DNA of 63,648 nucleotides, filler included, from Octopus bimaculoides (Eukaryota): NCBI RefSeq assembly GCF_001194135.2. It is 6 parts of 6 records of this genome, joined end to end, with 100 filler letters (N's around TTAATTAATTAA, not from the genome) between each part and the next. Parts side by side here need not be neighbours in the genome. Positions count along the whole stretch, not along the records: positions 1 to 22,140 come from NC_068985.1; 5 more parts are not named here. One strand, 5' to 3'. Shown piece by piece: positions 1 to 12,927 of this stretch (position 1 is its first letter; each line of letters starts with the position of its first letter). The notes under the pieces were generated by a model. It saw only the letters and a program-made list of their open reading frames with translations, ran no database searches and was not told where the DNA came from. The position numbers and the translations under genes were made by a program.

Positions 1-953
1 CAGAGAGTGAGAGATAGAGTGAGGGATAATTGTCTGCAACTTATCGGCTTTTAAGATATATTCCTTAATAAATTCTATAAAACCTCTCCCGTTAAAGATT
101 CATCTTTTCTATGATTTAATATATTATATTTTCTGAAATTTTGGATATATGTTGTTCCCGATTATTTTGCGTTTCAGGGGGTCTTCAATTCTTAGCGAAC
201 AATTTCCTTTTTACAGTTATAATTGCATGTCTTATATTACAAATTTTGAACAATAGCATGATGTCAGCTAGCGTTTATTGTAATACACGCTTTCACATCT
301 TCTTACATTTATGAGAATGTATTGACATTGCATTATTTCCCACTCTTTATATCCATCTCTCGATTCCTATCAAGTTATTGAACAGTTTTCATGATTGAAT
401 CAATCATGATGGATAAATAATTTCTCGCGCATAATTCTAAACCTATATCGTTCACAAATCTCTATGGGTGAGACATCCGCCATCACGTTCCGTTTCTTCA
501 TGTTATCATTAATCTCATTTATCATAACTTATAAGGATATATATTCTTGACACATCTTAGATTGTTGCTTGCTGAAAGCGCTCACTTGAATATTTTTTTT
601 CTAATGACGTTCACGAACTGTGCGAGGAAAATTTCCTCATTTTAATATACATGAATGGTTTTTATTAAAATTAGGAATGACACGGCTCATCAGTGTGTTT
701 ATTCTATCATTGTAAATGTGTTCGCGTGTATCAAAATACACACATTCCTGCATATTCTATCAATAATTTTACAGCTATCAAATCATTTATATATCCATAT
801 ACATTCATGTATTTCATATATTAATACGCATATGTATATATACTTAGATACAAGAATATATATATATATTTATATAAAATATTATATATGTATGTATCTC
901 TCTCTCTCTCTCTCACTCTCTATATATAATAAATTATATATGTATGTATCCCC

Positions 954-1007
<54 letters not shown>

Positions 1008-1497
1008 CTGTAATGAACATAAAAACATATGCAGAGACGTTATGTGGCTGTCGGTGGGGGTGAGATATTAAAGAGGAGTAAATAACAATAGATTGAAGCA
1101 AATGAATGAAATTTGGATTCATAATTCGCTTGGGTTCTGGATGAAAACAGTTTTAATATCTCCGTAAAAATTGACAGAAAAGCAATACAGGATTTCTCAA
1201 GAAAACACTCTTGATTTTCATGGCTAAAATAAAATGATATTTATTTTTTGAAATTTATCTTACTTCCTACTCCAAATACATTCTAACGCACACACACACA
1301 CACACACATACCTACATATCTGCATACATACATGCATACGTGCACATGTATGTTCCTAATACATGCAGACATAGCCACACACACACACGTATATANNNNN
1401 NNNNNNNNNNNNNNNNNNNNNNNNNNNNNNNNNNNNNNNNNNNNNNNNNNNNNNNNNNNNNNNNNNNNNNNNNNNNNNNNNNNNNNNNNNNNNNNNN

Positions 1498-1535
<38 letters not shown>

Positions 1536-1659
1536 TATTTTAATTATATTTATATGTGCATAAATGTATGTATGTATCTATCTGTGTATATATATAGATA
1601 TATATATATATATATATATACATATATATATGCATGTATATATATATGTGTGTATATAT

Positions 1660-1960
1660 ATATAAATATATACTTACACACACACGCACATATATATATA
1701 AATATATACTTACACACACACGCATACATATATAAATATATACTTACACACATATATATAGATATATACTTACACACACGCACACATATATATACATATA
1801 TACTTACACACATACGCGCATATATATATAAATATATACTTACACACACACACACAAATATATTACTTACACACACACACACACACACACAAATGTATAC
1901 TTACACACACACAGACACACATAAATCTATACTTACACACACACACGCACACAAAAATAT
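1660..1960. repeat. Irregular ~30-38 bp minisatellite built on AT/AC microsatellite
   Basis: Anchor TACTTACAC recurs about 9 times at ~30-38 bp spacing, embedded in (TA)n/(CA)n. Confidence 0.75.
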
Positions 1961-2399
1961 ATACATATTTACAAAATGTAGAAGCAATATTTCTCTCGCA
2001 AATTTGTCATGTGGATGTTATTTTTAAGAAACAATACCTGAATATTTAATTGTGTGTGTTATTATATTAGGCCAGATGTGCTTATAAATATGCATGCTTT
2101 ACGTGCAACGCATATAACAGCTCAATTTATCATCTCTCAAATTTCTTCTCAGCGGAACAAATAAGTGAATTACTTGTGCATATGTCAAGAAAATAAACAT
2201 AAATACTATAGCAAGATTGTAATTTTTGCCTTCGAAATTCAGATTTCTTAAATGAAAATATCAGGAAAAAATATTTCATCGTTTGATACAAAGGCATGCG
2301 TCAACGTGACGTATGTATGTATGAACGAATGTATGTATGAACGAATGTATGTATGTATTCATGCCTTAGATTTATTTTCTCTCAAATCACAGTATTCTG

Positions 2400-4650
2400 C
2401 TGTTGACCATTTCCTTCTTTAATCTTGATGTGCATCTTTCTGTCCACTATCATTCAGGTTCAAGCCTCTCCTGCATTTCCCCATACCGTCCTCATGTATT
2501 CTTCGATGTCGACTCCATCAGTTTTTCTCAGTTATTCTCATAAAATTCGTTCCGTTGTTCTGTTCTGCTTCCCACCACAATTTGATCTTTTTTTTCTCAT
2601 ATTGTTTCTCTAAATCTTCTCTTCCTCATTTTCTATGTTTCATTGCACTCTAATGTGCTTCGCAGCTCAGATTGATTGAAAGTTCACCGTTTTTGATTCA
2701 AGATATATTGCTGTATCTTCTGGAAAAAAATTTCATTCTAGCAACACACTAATTCTCCAATCATCTGTATTTCACATATCCACTCTGACCTAGATATTTA
2801 TCATTATTTTCTTTGTCCATTACTGCCTTTTCTATTCTTATCGTCATTTATCACATACTTGACCGTTTCTTGGTCTTCGTTCAACAACACACTTTTACTC
2901 GCTCGATATGCGTTTACGTAGAAACATTTTTAATTCCCTGCCTACATTTATAAAGAGTTTTATGTCATCCATCTGTCAAGTACTTTCCTTGTATCATTGT
3001 TTCTCCTTGCTCCAAATCTGTTTTCTTGAATATTTCTTACAAGGCGTGGATGAAGATCTTCGAACTGATGGGACCTCCTTCCCTGACACTTTCTTGTATG
3101 AGCATTGTGTCTGAACAGCCATTATCCTGCTGTACTTAAATATAATTTTGCGGACCTGAAGATCGTTTTAAGGTTGTCGTCATTGTTCTGATTTATGCCT
3201 ATTTTAAAGAGAACATCGATGAAGGCCTTACCCTGTATAAAGTCAAAAACCTGTGCATTGTCTATGCATCCTATGCTGGTTTATATGAATTCTCTCTTAA
3301 CATTGGCGTGACTTGATTTCTTTGTAGAAGAACTAAAGCATATCCGTTCTGTTGGTTTAGTTTCTTTAAATCCATTCAGGTGTGAATGATTTTGACGTTA
3401 AACTTGGACATCCAAAATTAATAAACTGCTATGCCTATCGAGTTCATATCTTGCTTTTATCTCTCTCTACGATCTTATTTCCCTTTCAAAATCCAAGGAT
3501 TTTGTTTGCTGTTAGCTTCACATCGGTTACTTCATCATTCTTATTGATTTTCTACCGATTTTCATTTTGATGTGACATTATCGACTCCCAAAGCTTTACA
3601 CCTTTTAAATTTTTTAATGCGTTAATACTTCCATTCTTTCACCTGGTGAATAGGCATTAATTACTTTTAGTCTCTTGGTTGAGATTTCATTTACCATTTG
3701 AGAGTTTACTAATGATATAACTCCTGATAAAATTATGAAGGTATCTTTAATAATTCCATTCTATCCTCCATGAAAGCACAATTTATTACGCTTCCGATGT
3801 TTTTCTTTCTTTTAGGATTTCTCTCTGTTCGCCAGAATCTTTACAAACATTTTTCTCCCTCTATCTCTATCATCTTAGCTTGCGTTCTGATTTTCCCCGT
3901 TTCTACTGTTCTGCTGAATAAAATACCCCTCTTTGTTTCAGCTATTTTTTCAAGCATTTTAACTTCCCTATTTTTTCATCCACCTTTATCTTACCTATTT
4001 TTTTCTTTTTTCCTGGCAGGAGTAGCAATCCACGTTTTCATAATCGATTGACTTATTCAATATTAACGCTTGAAAATTAATGAATAGTTCTACTTGGAAA
4101 TCTTTTACACAAAACTTATTTTATGTATTTTTTGTTATTTATAATCTTGAATTTTACTAAATTTCTGTATATTCTAATTTTTGCTTTGACTATCTCATGG
4201 CTGCTTTCTCTATGTATACCATAGTCCTGAATTAAGAAATAGTCAGGATGACATCTCTTGCCAATTTTGATGTTCTTATCATATGCAATGATCATTCTTC
4301 TTATACAGTTTCAGATTAAAATATGCCGATTCCTGACTCTCTCCTTTCATTCCTAATTCCTTCAATGGTATCTGATTCCCCTCATATCAGCATCTCCACT
4401 TTGACAAGAAAATCACGCTTGTTTACTACACATCTGGATCCGCATCGTCCATTGGTTTCTTTATTCCAACGTAAGTTTCCTCTTTTCTTCATCTGCACTA
4501 TTTATTGTTCTTCCTTACACTTCTATGACTTCTCTGGTCTCTCCCATCTGAGATCCCTCTCCAGACTATTGCATAGTATATATTTTTTCCTCTTTGGTAC
4601 TCATCTATGTTTCTTATTCCTTTTACTTTGTCCATTATTGATATATTTAT
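2400..4650 (-). mobile_element. Decayed RTE-clade non-LTR retrotransposon (EN-RT ORF fossil)
   Basis: Minus-strand translation gives IQESVREGGPISSKIFIHAL*EIFKKTDL (RTE-like GVRQGDPISPKLF..ALEEIF), frameshifted MDDIKL, DKYLGQ and DGVDIEEYMRTVWGNAG (cf. DI.E.I..KW.WAG). Many stops and frameshifts; ends approximate. Confidence 0.7.
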
Positions 4651-5835
4651 ATATAACAAAGGGACTTCATTTAGTTTTGTTATAAATTCGCTTGCTGGCA
4701 AGAGGTGTTCCAGTTAGCCATTGTTGCTTTGCTCTCTAGCAATCCACGATCCCTTCCACCTTGAAAATTCACGTATGAAACAAAACGTGCCCCACACATT
4801 AATGACATTCTTACGTTTCCTCTCAACTGTCACATAACTTCCTTTCAGATCAAGCCATGTACTTACATCTTTAGTCATGTCTGTGCTCGCCTAAAATCTG
4901 TGAGGTTTGCATCCGTTCCTCTTTCACTAGTCAACGATACAAGATTTAATATCAAACAATTAGAAATTTTAAGACATCACTGAACGTTTATTAGCGGTGA
5001 TAGATTTAGCATTATCTTAGAATGTTCATTTCCCTAGATAAATAAGTTCTACTTCACAGTTTATTTCAAAGATGTAAAATGCAGCTTTTATAGTTATGTA
5101 TTTAATTACACGATTAAAACGACTGATGCCATATTGACTTCTTTTAAACATTTTTTTTACAATATTTATTAATCTGATAAAATTCTATTTTATTCTCCCC
5201 TGGTGATATTTGAAACGTATTGGCACCTGGAATGCAACGATATCTCCGACCTTCAATCTCTCTATTATTATGATACTTTCGATCACATGATGAATTCCAC
5301 TGTATGTACATTTACCTATCTAGGTAAGTAAATGTAATTTCGATTGATACTCTACTTCATATAGATAATTTTTAATATTTCAATCCAATACCATAGGTAT
5401 CCAGAAAACTACTTCATATATTCACGTACCTATACAAGAAAAATGTAATGATCGCGCACACATACCTGAATGTTGTATATATTAATCCGCAATTTTGTAC
5501 TTTCAGATTTGCAATTCCAACAGGCCTGGGGTAATTCAGAATTGATCCAACGATGTACGGAATATATATATATATACGTGCACACCTTCTATATTGAATA
5601 CTTCGGATTCACAGAAACAGAATGTATTTCTTATGAATTATAGTAGATTTTGCTATATATGCCACAGAATATTATTTCTGCGATATCCTACATGATAGAA
5701 AATGAATACTTCGTGTACTGAATATAAGTACACAAACATGCATAAATACATATGTGTATGTAAAAATATATATGAGCCTGTATGCATATATGAATAGACG
5801 CCTACATATATATACATTAGTCTATAAATATGCGA

Positions 5836-5878
<43 letters not shown>

Positions 5879-6444
5879 TTAGCGCAACCTAGCTTATGTA
5901 TATTTCAATAAGCTTCGTAGAATATTGGTCCTGGCCATGATTACCACCAACAGGAAGACATATTTAATCATTCCCCCTGTTTTAAAGCAATACTGTGAGC
6001 ACTGCAGCTCATTCGAATAACGAACTATTTATAGAAATACATCAAGGTGTAGGTGGTTTCTCTGGAATTTGTTGGAGGAATCTCGCTTGAATTTTATGGC
6101 GTATTTATTTCCCTATATGTGATTTGTCAAAGAGAGGAGGGAGAGTTGAGGTGAAATACTTATGTCTTAGTGTTGTGATGTGATACCAGCATGATCTACA
6201 CCCGCTCACCCACAAACCCACCCACATCCGCACCCATACTTACATGCATGTGAGTCTGTATTTATTGTTTATATGTATGATTATTTAAGTATTGGGTATG
6301 TCCCTTTTTAGTTAGCTGATGAAGCACGTTCACCGCCTAAGGGGACCAGACGTAATCCACAGTATCTACAAAATGGGTCGAAATCTTTGTTAGCAATAAA
6401 TGTATTCGTATATTGCATTTTTCGTCTCTATCATTTGTCGTATC

Positions 6445-6475
<31 letters not shown>

Positions 6476-6489
6476 GCGTGTATGTATAT

Positions 6490-6564
<75 letters not shown>

Positions 6565-6574
<10 letters not shown>

Positions 6575-6792
6575 TGTTACAAAAAAAACAAACAATGGAA
6601 GAGACTGATGTATTAATTTAACGGTCGGGAAGTGAGAAAGTCCTTTACGTTTCGAGCCTACGCCCTTCGACAGAAAGGAGCACAGAAATAAACAGGAAGT
6701 GAAAATAAAAAAGGTTTAATGGCTAGCGATTTATCATGGTGAATGCCGGACAGAGGGGTCACCACAAGAGCGCTAGGAAGAAGGGGAGATAA
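6565..6792 (-). mobile_element. Penelope-like-element-derived terminal repeat fragment with minimal hammerhead-like motif
   Basis: Homologous to 63272-63404. Minus strand reads CCTTT-CTGTCGA-AGGGCGTAGGCTC-GAAACGTA-AAGG. Family assignment is inferred from this motif. Confidence 0.55.
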
Positions 6793-7623
6793 NNNNNNNN
6801 NNNNNNNNNNNNNNNNNNNNNNNNNNNNNNNNNNNNNNNNNNNNNNNNNNNNNNNNNNNNNNNNNNNNNNNNNNNNNNNNNNNNNNNNNNNNNNNNNNNN
6901 NNNNNNNNNNNNNNNNNNNNNNNNNNNNNNNNNNNNNNNNNNNNNNNNNNNNNNNNNNNNNNNNNNNNNNNNNNNNNNNNNNNNNNNNNNNNNNNNNNNN
7001 NNNNNNNNNNNNNNNNNNNNNNNNNNNNNNNNNNNNNNNNNNNNNNNNNNNNNNNNNNNNNNNNNNNNNNNNNNNNNNNNNNNNNNNNNNNNNNNNNNNN
7101 NNNNNNNNNNNNNNNNNNNNNNNNNNNNNNNNNNNNNNNNNNNNNNNNNNNNNNNNNNNNNNNNNNNNNNNNNNNNNNNNNNNNNNNNNNNNNNNNNNNN
7201 NNNNNNNNNNNNNNNNNNNNNNNNNNNNNNNNNNNNNNNNNNNNNNNNNNNNNNNNNNNNNNNNNNNNNNNNNNNNNNNNNNNNNNNNNNNNNNNNNNNN
7301 NNNNNNNNNNNNNNNNNNNNNNNNNNNNNNNNNNNNNNNNNNNNNNNNNNNNNNNNNNNNNNNNNNNNNNNNNNNNNNNNNNNNNNNNNNNNNNNNNNNN
7401 NNNNNNNNNNNNNNNNNNNNNNNNNNNNNNNNNNNNTCCAGCGTTCCATTAACATTAGAGTTTACGATATCTAAATATCTTTTAAAGACATAAATTTCAC
7501 GAAACAAACAGATTAACTAGGTAAAATCGGACAGAGCTTATGGGATGACCTGATATCTTTATATATAATCTACTGCTCTATAACTTAGAGTGCGTTTCTT
7601 TTTCGTATTTATGATTTACTGAC

Positions 7624-7660
<37 letters not shown>

Positions 7661-8077
7661 TCAGCATTCTAGAAGACTGGAAGAGTCGGGAAGCTTGTAG
7701 TAGCACAGAACCGCATCAGACTGTTATGGAGGAAGGTAGAATAACGCCCAGCTTTTTCCTCTTGGGGTTCATATCCTTATTCCATTAATAAAATGCAACA
7801 TGTAGTCCCAGTTCCTGCTGTATGTTAGGTAAAATACCCATTAAAATTAAGAATTCTGGAATTATTATTTGCAGAGTTACTGTATAAGAAGAACCTGGAA
7901 ATGTTTGTATTATTTATTCACTATTACACGTGATTAATTTGCTAATAGAAATGACAAACTTTGAAATGTTACATAGATATGTAAGGCATAAAAATTCATC
8001 ACATGCCTCCCTAACATGTAAAAGTTTGTATATTTCCAATTTCCTGTTTTGTTTTACATATATGCAAACATAGCTGC

Positions 8078-8115
<38 letters not shown>

Positions 8116-8777
8116 NNNNNNNNNNNNNNNNNNNNNNNNNNNNNNNNNNNNNNNNNNNNNNNNNNNNNNNNNNNNNNNNNNNNNNNNNNNNNNNNNNNNN
8201 NNNNNNNNNNNNNNNNNNNNNNNNNNNNNNNNNNNNNNNNNNNNNNNNNNNNNNNNNNNNNNNNNNNNNNNNNNNNNNNNNNNNNNNNNNNNNNNNNNNN
8301 NNNNNNNNNNNNNNNNNNNNNNNNNNNNNNNNNNNNNNNNNNNNNNNNNNNNNNNNNNNNNNNNNNNNNNNNNNNNNNNNNNNNNNNNNNNNNNNNNNNN
8401 NNNNNNNNNNNNNNNNNNNNNNNNNNNNNNNNNNNNNNNNNNNNNNNNNNNNNNNNNNNNNNNNNNNNNNNNNNNNNNNNNNNNNNNNNNNNNNNNNNNN
8501 NNNNNNNNNNNNNNNNNNNNNNNNNNNNNNNNNNNNNNNNNNNNNNNNNNNNNNNNNNNNNNNNNNNNNNNNNNNNNNNNNNNNNNNNNNNNNNNNNNNN
8601 NNNNNNNNNNNNNNNNNNNNNNNNNNNNNNNNNNNNNNNNNNNNNNNNNNNNNNNNNNNNNNNNNNNNNNNNNNNNNNNNNNNNNNNNNNNNNNNNNNNN
8701 NNNNNNNNNNNNNNNNNNNNNNNNNNNNNNNNNNNNNNNNNNNNNNNNNNNNNNNNNNNNNNNNNNNNNNNNNNNNN

Positions 8778-8813
<36 letters not shown>

Positions 8814-11088
8814 GTGTGTGTGTGTGTGTGTGTGTGTGGCGATAAATAGAATAGATACATACGCACACCTACGCACCCGCACATGCATATATGCTTACGT
8901 ACATACACACGCATATGCATAATTGAAGCACGCCGAAGTAAAACACAAAAGTTATGGAGCTAGCAGGAACCATTTGGACATTACAAGACAGGAAGAACAC
9001 CTTCAGCGTCCTGTAGGTTTTCTTGGCAAGGTTGAGGCATTATTGTATGAGCGAAACCGTTTCAATTATCTTCCCATGTGTGTGGAACTTAAGCTGTCCT
9101 TCGAGTTACTTTACTGTACTGTATATATTACAATTGTGGCTCTCAAATTATTTCAGAGCTTCAGGTTGTTGCATCCTTCAACAAACGAGCAATAAACACA
9201 GGCAAATGAGAAACAGAGAGACAGAGAGAAAGCTAAATAAATTGTGGGAAAGAAATGATCGTATAAAATCCTAGATGGACACATAAACCAATAGATAAAT
9301 CGATTAATGTATAAGAATATCTGGTTTCTCATGTTTTATCACCATTTAATCCACATATATGGTTAGTTAAAAGCTTGCGTTGCACGTCAGTCAAGAATCT
9401 TCCAACTTCATAGATATATGTCATGTGTTTGAAGTTAATGGTGTCATGTTTTAAATAGAACACTGTCGTAATAATATATCCTATAAAGATTTTGATTCAG
9501 ATATGTGTGTGTATGCATATGGAAGTGTGTGGTGTGTGTGTGTACGCCCGCATGTGTGCGTATTATGTTTATTATAAACATACATGCATATATATATTTA
9601 CACATAGTCATATGTATGTATATATATAGGTATACACGTGTGTCTATGTAATTTACGTATATATACATATATATTTGATAGATATGCTTACTTCTGTATC
9701 TTAAGAATGGGAGATATATATGTACATTATCTATCTATCTATCTATCTATCTACCTATCTACCTATCTATGNNNNNNNNNNNNNNNNNNNNNNNNNNNNN
9801 NNNNNNNNNNNNNNNNNNNNNNNNNNNNNNNNNNNNNNNNNNNNNNNNNNNNNNNNNNNNNNNNNNNNNNNNNNNNNNNNNNNNNNNNNNNNNNNNNNNN
9901 NNCGAGTGTGTATTCGCGATCGGTTATAGAATTAGACGGCTCTGCTTGCATATGGAATCAGACATCAAAATGAATCACACACATAAAATTCCGCTTTGTT
10001 AGCAAGACATGAAGAAACATAAAAATTTGTAGAACCATCATATTTATAAAAATATATAAAAATATACTAAAATACAGGACTTTGTCGGTGTGAGTTTGAT
10101 GGTAATTGGGTACAAGTATTTCATAGAGTTTACTGGAAAATGGAAGAAAATATTTATAAACACTTGATGTAAGCTATATATAACCTTCTACACACATGGG
10201 CTCGCGGCGGTGCCCCAGCATCACCAGAGCTACACAGCTGAAACGAATTGAAAAATATAAGTATACATGGACACAACTTCACAAAAATATATGTATATAT
10301 GTATAGGTATACACAGAATATATGTATAGGTATGTAGTTTTATACGCACATTCATATATTTACCTACATGCACTTATATGTGCGCTCATGACGTTTGGTG
10401 CATGGCTGTGGGTTTCATGTTTCGATGCTAGCTTAGGTGCTTGGTCACGAGGTTATAAGTTGGAAGGAAAAGAGAAATATTTGTCTGTATACTGCAGCAC
10501 ATTCATTAACTACATAAAGCTTGAAGTTATGCTCTTCTAAGTAGATTTTGATTATCTCACCTCTTTTCTAAATCTTGTTTTGTACATTCTATCTTGGAAA
10601 TTTCACATGTAGCTATGCACAGTGCTCCAGCATTGGATGTACATATCCTGCATATAGAAATCCAACGATTATAGAACGGCTTATAGCAATGGCCTTGTTG
10701 CCTATAGTTCTTTAACGTTTTGACAATACATGAGGATTTATTTTCAAAAAAATAATAATAGTTCTGCTTATCATTGCGTTACTTAGACCATCGGTAACGC
10801 TTTCGTATGATTAGAGATAAAGCAGGAGAGAGAAAAGGGAATGTAATTGGACCGCATTCACGTGATTAGTTGAAGGGAAAATGAGGAGAAAGAAAAACGA
10901 GAGAGAAAAGAGGGTAAGGCGAAGAATGAGACAGAAAGAGGGAGAAACAGAGGGATAGAGAAAGAGAGGGATAGAGAAGCGTTCGTGACGTGAGGTAGGA
11001 GGGTATGTAATGATTTTAGCAGATGGGTGATGCTCTGATGTTGAAGTTAGAAGAAGGCATCGGGTGAGGGAAAGAGAGAAAGAACTTG

Positions 11089-11400
11089 TTTCAAATCTCT
11101 CAGTGAGAGTATACAGTAACAATATTGAATAGTAAAATATATTTGCCAAGAGAATGTGGCGGTCCTTTAAAGGACGATGTTACTGTTTTTAAACCCCAGG
11201 AAAGCAACTTTTCCAGCCGTCTATCGACACGGAGTCTGTGTCTGTATAGTGTTTGGAAAGGAGCTCAATGCTCCCATCTCCAGCCTTACGTGAATCTCAC
11301 AGACCATGGTTTCTGGGTGTTTACCTGTCTTCAGTGTGAGATAACCACTGGCTGTTGATGAAAGCTTTCTCCACTCGCAAACACTGTTGGCAAATAAACT
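11089..11400 (-). mobile_element. Hammerhead-bearing ~350-bp repeat (retrozyme-like), copy A
   Basis: Colinear with 31954-32290: TTTC(T)AAATCTCTCAG, ATACAGTA.CA, AATGTGGC.GTCC, TACTG.T.TTTAA.CCCCAGGAA, GACAC, then hammerhead, CT.GCTGT.GATG, AAATAAA. Confidence 0.75.
11295..11341 (-). ncRNA. Type I hammerhead ribozyme (stem II partly decayed)
   Basis: Minus strand: TCTCACA-CTGAAGA-caggt aaac accca-GAA-ACCATGGT-C-TGTGAGA. 7-bp stem I, CUGANGA and GAAA core, palindromic stem III, GUC triplet. Confidence 0.75.
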
Positions 11401-11404
11401 TTAC

Positions 11405-11465
<61 letters not shown>

Positions 11466-12221
11466 CTATTTTGAGTATACAGATACCTCTTAATAGGGAT
11501 GTTGACATTCAAGCTGGTTTAATCTTATATATAGATGTAAAATTTCAATAGCCCAGTATAACTTAATAGTACTGGTGTTTATTGTTTAAATAACCACCAA
11601 TTACGTATATTGCAGAGTTTAATGATTATTACACTTCGATATATGAGCATATTTCAATATGGTATATTATAAGAAGAAAATGGAGAGTTTTAACTGATAA
11701 AATTCAATTCATTAACATATTGTCAAAATTCTCTGTAGCCTACAATTACTTTCCATACTTAATCAATTACAAGTTAATGAATCAAAAGTTAAAAATTGCA
11801 TCTTGAAATAATGAGTGAAACATTTCCCCAGGGTGAGAATTAGACACATATTAAAGTTACAACACAACGAACGGATGATGGTGGACAGATTCAACATGAA
11901 AATAATTCCCGCGCGTGCATGTGCATGTCAATATTTAAAAAAAAACGTTATATATTTAGGCCTTTTGTTTTTATTTATGTGTTTGTGCGCGGTAATAATA
12001 TTTTTAAAAAACCGTTGTCTGTGTATTATCATGTCTTCTCTATTTGAGATTTGAAGGACAGAGACAAGGAGTTTAAACTCAAGTGGAAAATTATCGGCCA
12101 CGCCATGTCCTATAAACTGGAAGACACCCGTTGTGACTTTTGTATTGAAAATCACGGAAGAATATATTAGACAATTTTTACATTTCTGTTAGAGCGAATG
12201 ATTTAAAATATAACCGGTTTC

Positions 12222-12927
12222 ATTTCTACTCTAGGAACAAGAGCTGAAATTTTTGGGGAGGGGACTAATCGATTAGATCGACCCCAGTACGTAACTGGTA
12301 CTTAATTTATCGACCCCGGAAAGATGAAAGGCAAAGTTGACCTAGGCGGAATTTGAACTCAGAACGTAATGACAAACAAAATACCGCTAAGCATTTCGCC
12401 TAGCGTGCTAACATTTCTTATTTCTTTACTCCCCACAAGGTGCTACACACAGAAGGGACACATGAGGACAGACAAACGGATTAAGTCAATTAGATCGACC
12501 TCCAGTGCGTAGCTGGTATTTATTTAATCGACCCCGAAAGGATCAAAGGCAAAGTCAACCTCGGCGGAATTTGAACTCAGAACATAACGGCAGACGAAAT
12601 ACCGCTAAGCATTTCGCCCAGCGTGCTAACGTTTCTGCCAACTCGCCGTCTTAAAATATTCTTTTCTATTCTTGGCACAAGGCCCGAAATTTTGGGGGAG
12701 AGGGCCAGTTGATTAGACTGACCCCAGTGNNNNNNNNNNNNNNNNNNNNNNNNNNNNNNNNNNNNNNNNNNNNNNNNNNNNNNNNNNNNNNNNNNNNNNN
12801 NNNNNNNNNNNNNNNNNNNNNNNNNNNNNNNNNNNNNNNNNNNNNNNNNNNNNNNNNNNNNNNNNNNNNNNNNNNNNNNNNNNNNNNNNNNNNNNGCGTG
12901 CTAACGTTTCTGCCAAATCGCCGTCTT
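12222..12927 (-). mobile_element. Three head-to-tail tRNA-derived SINE-A units (short tail, long tail, short tail)
   Basis: Units ~12222-12416, 12417-12652 and 12659-12927 (last gapped). Head has A-box-like TGGCAGAAACG and B-box GAGTTCAAATTCC. Cluster flanked by TTAAAATATAACCGGTTTC at 12203-12221 and 12926-12944. Confidence 0.85.

Noticed and set aside
6316-6400. CTGATGAAG...CGAAAT
   Set aside because: Core halves are ~55 nt apart without a convincing stem II, and there is no NUH or stem I.
8923-9274. Non-repetitive 80-90 aa ORFs
   Set aside because: No recognisable domain or consistent splice structure; this length is expected by chance.
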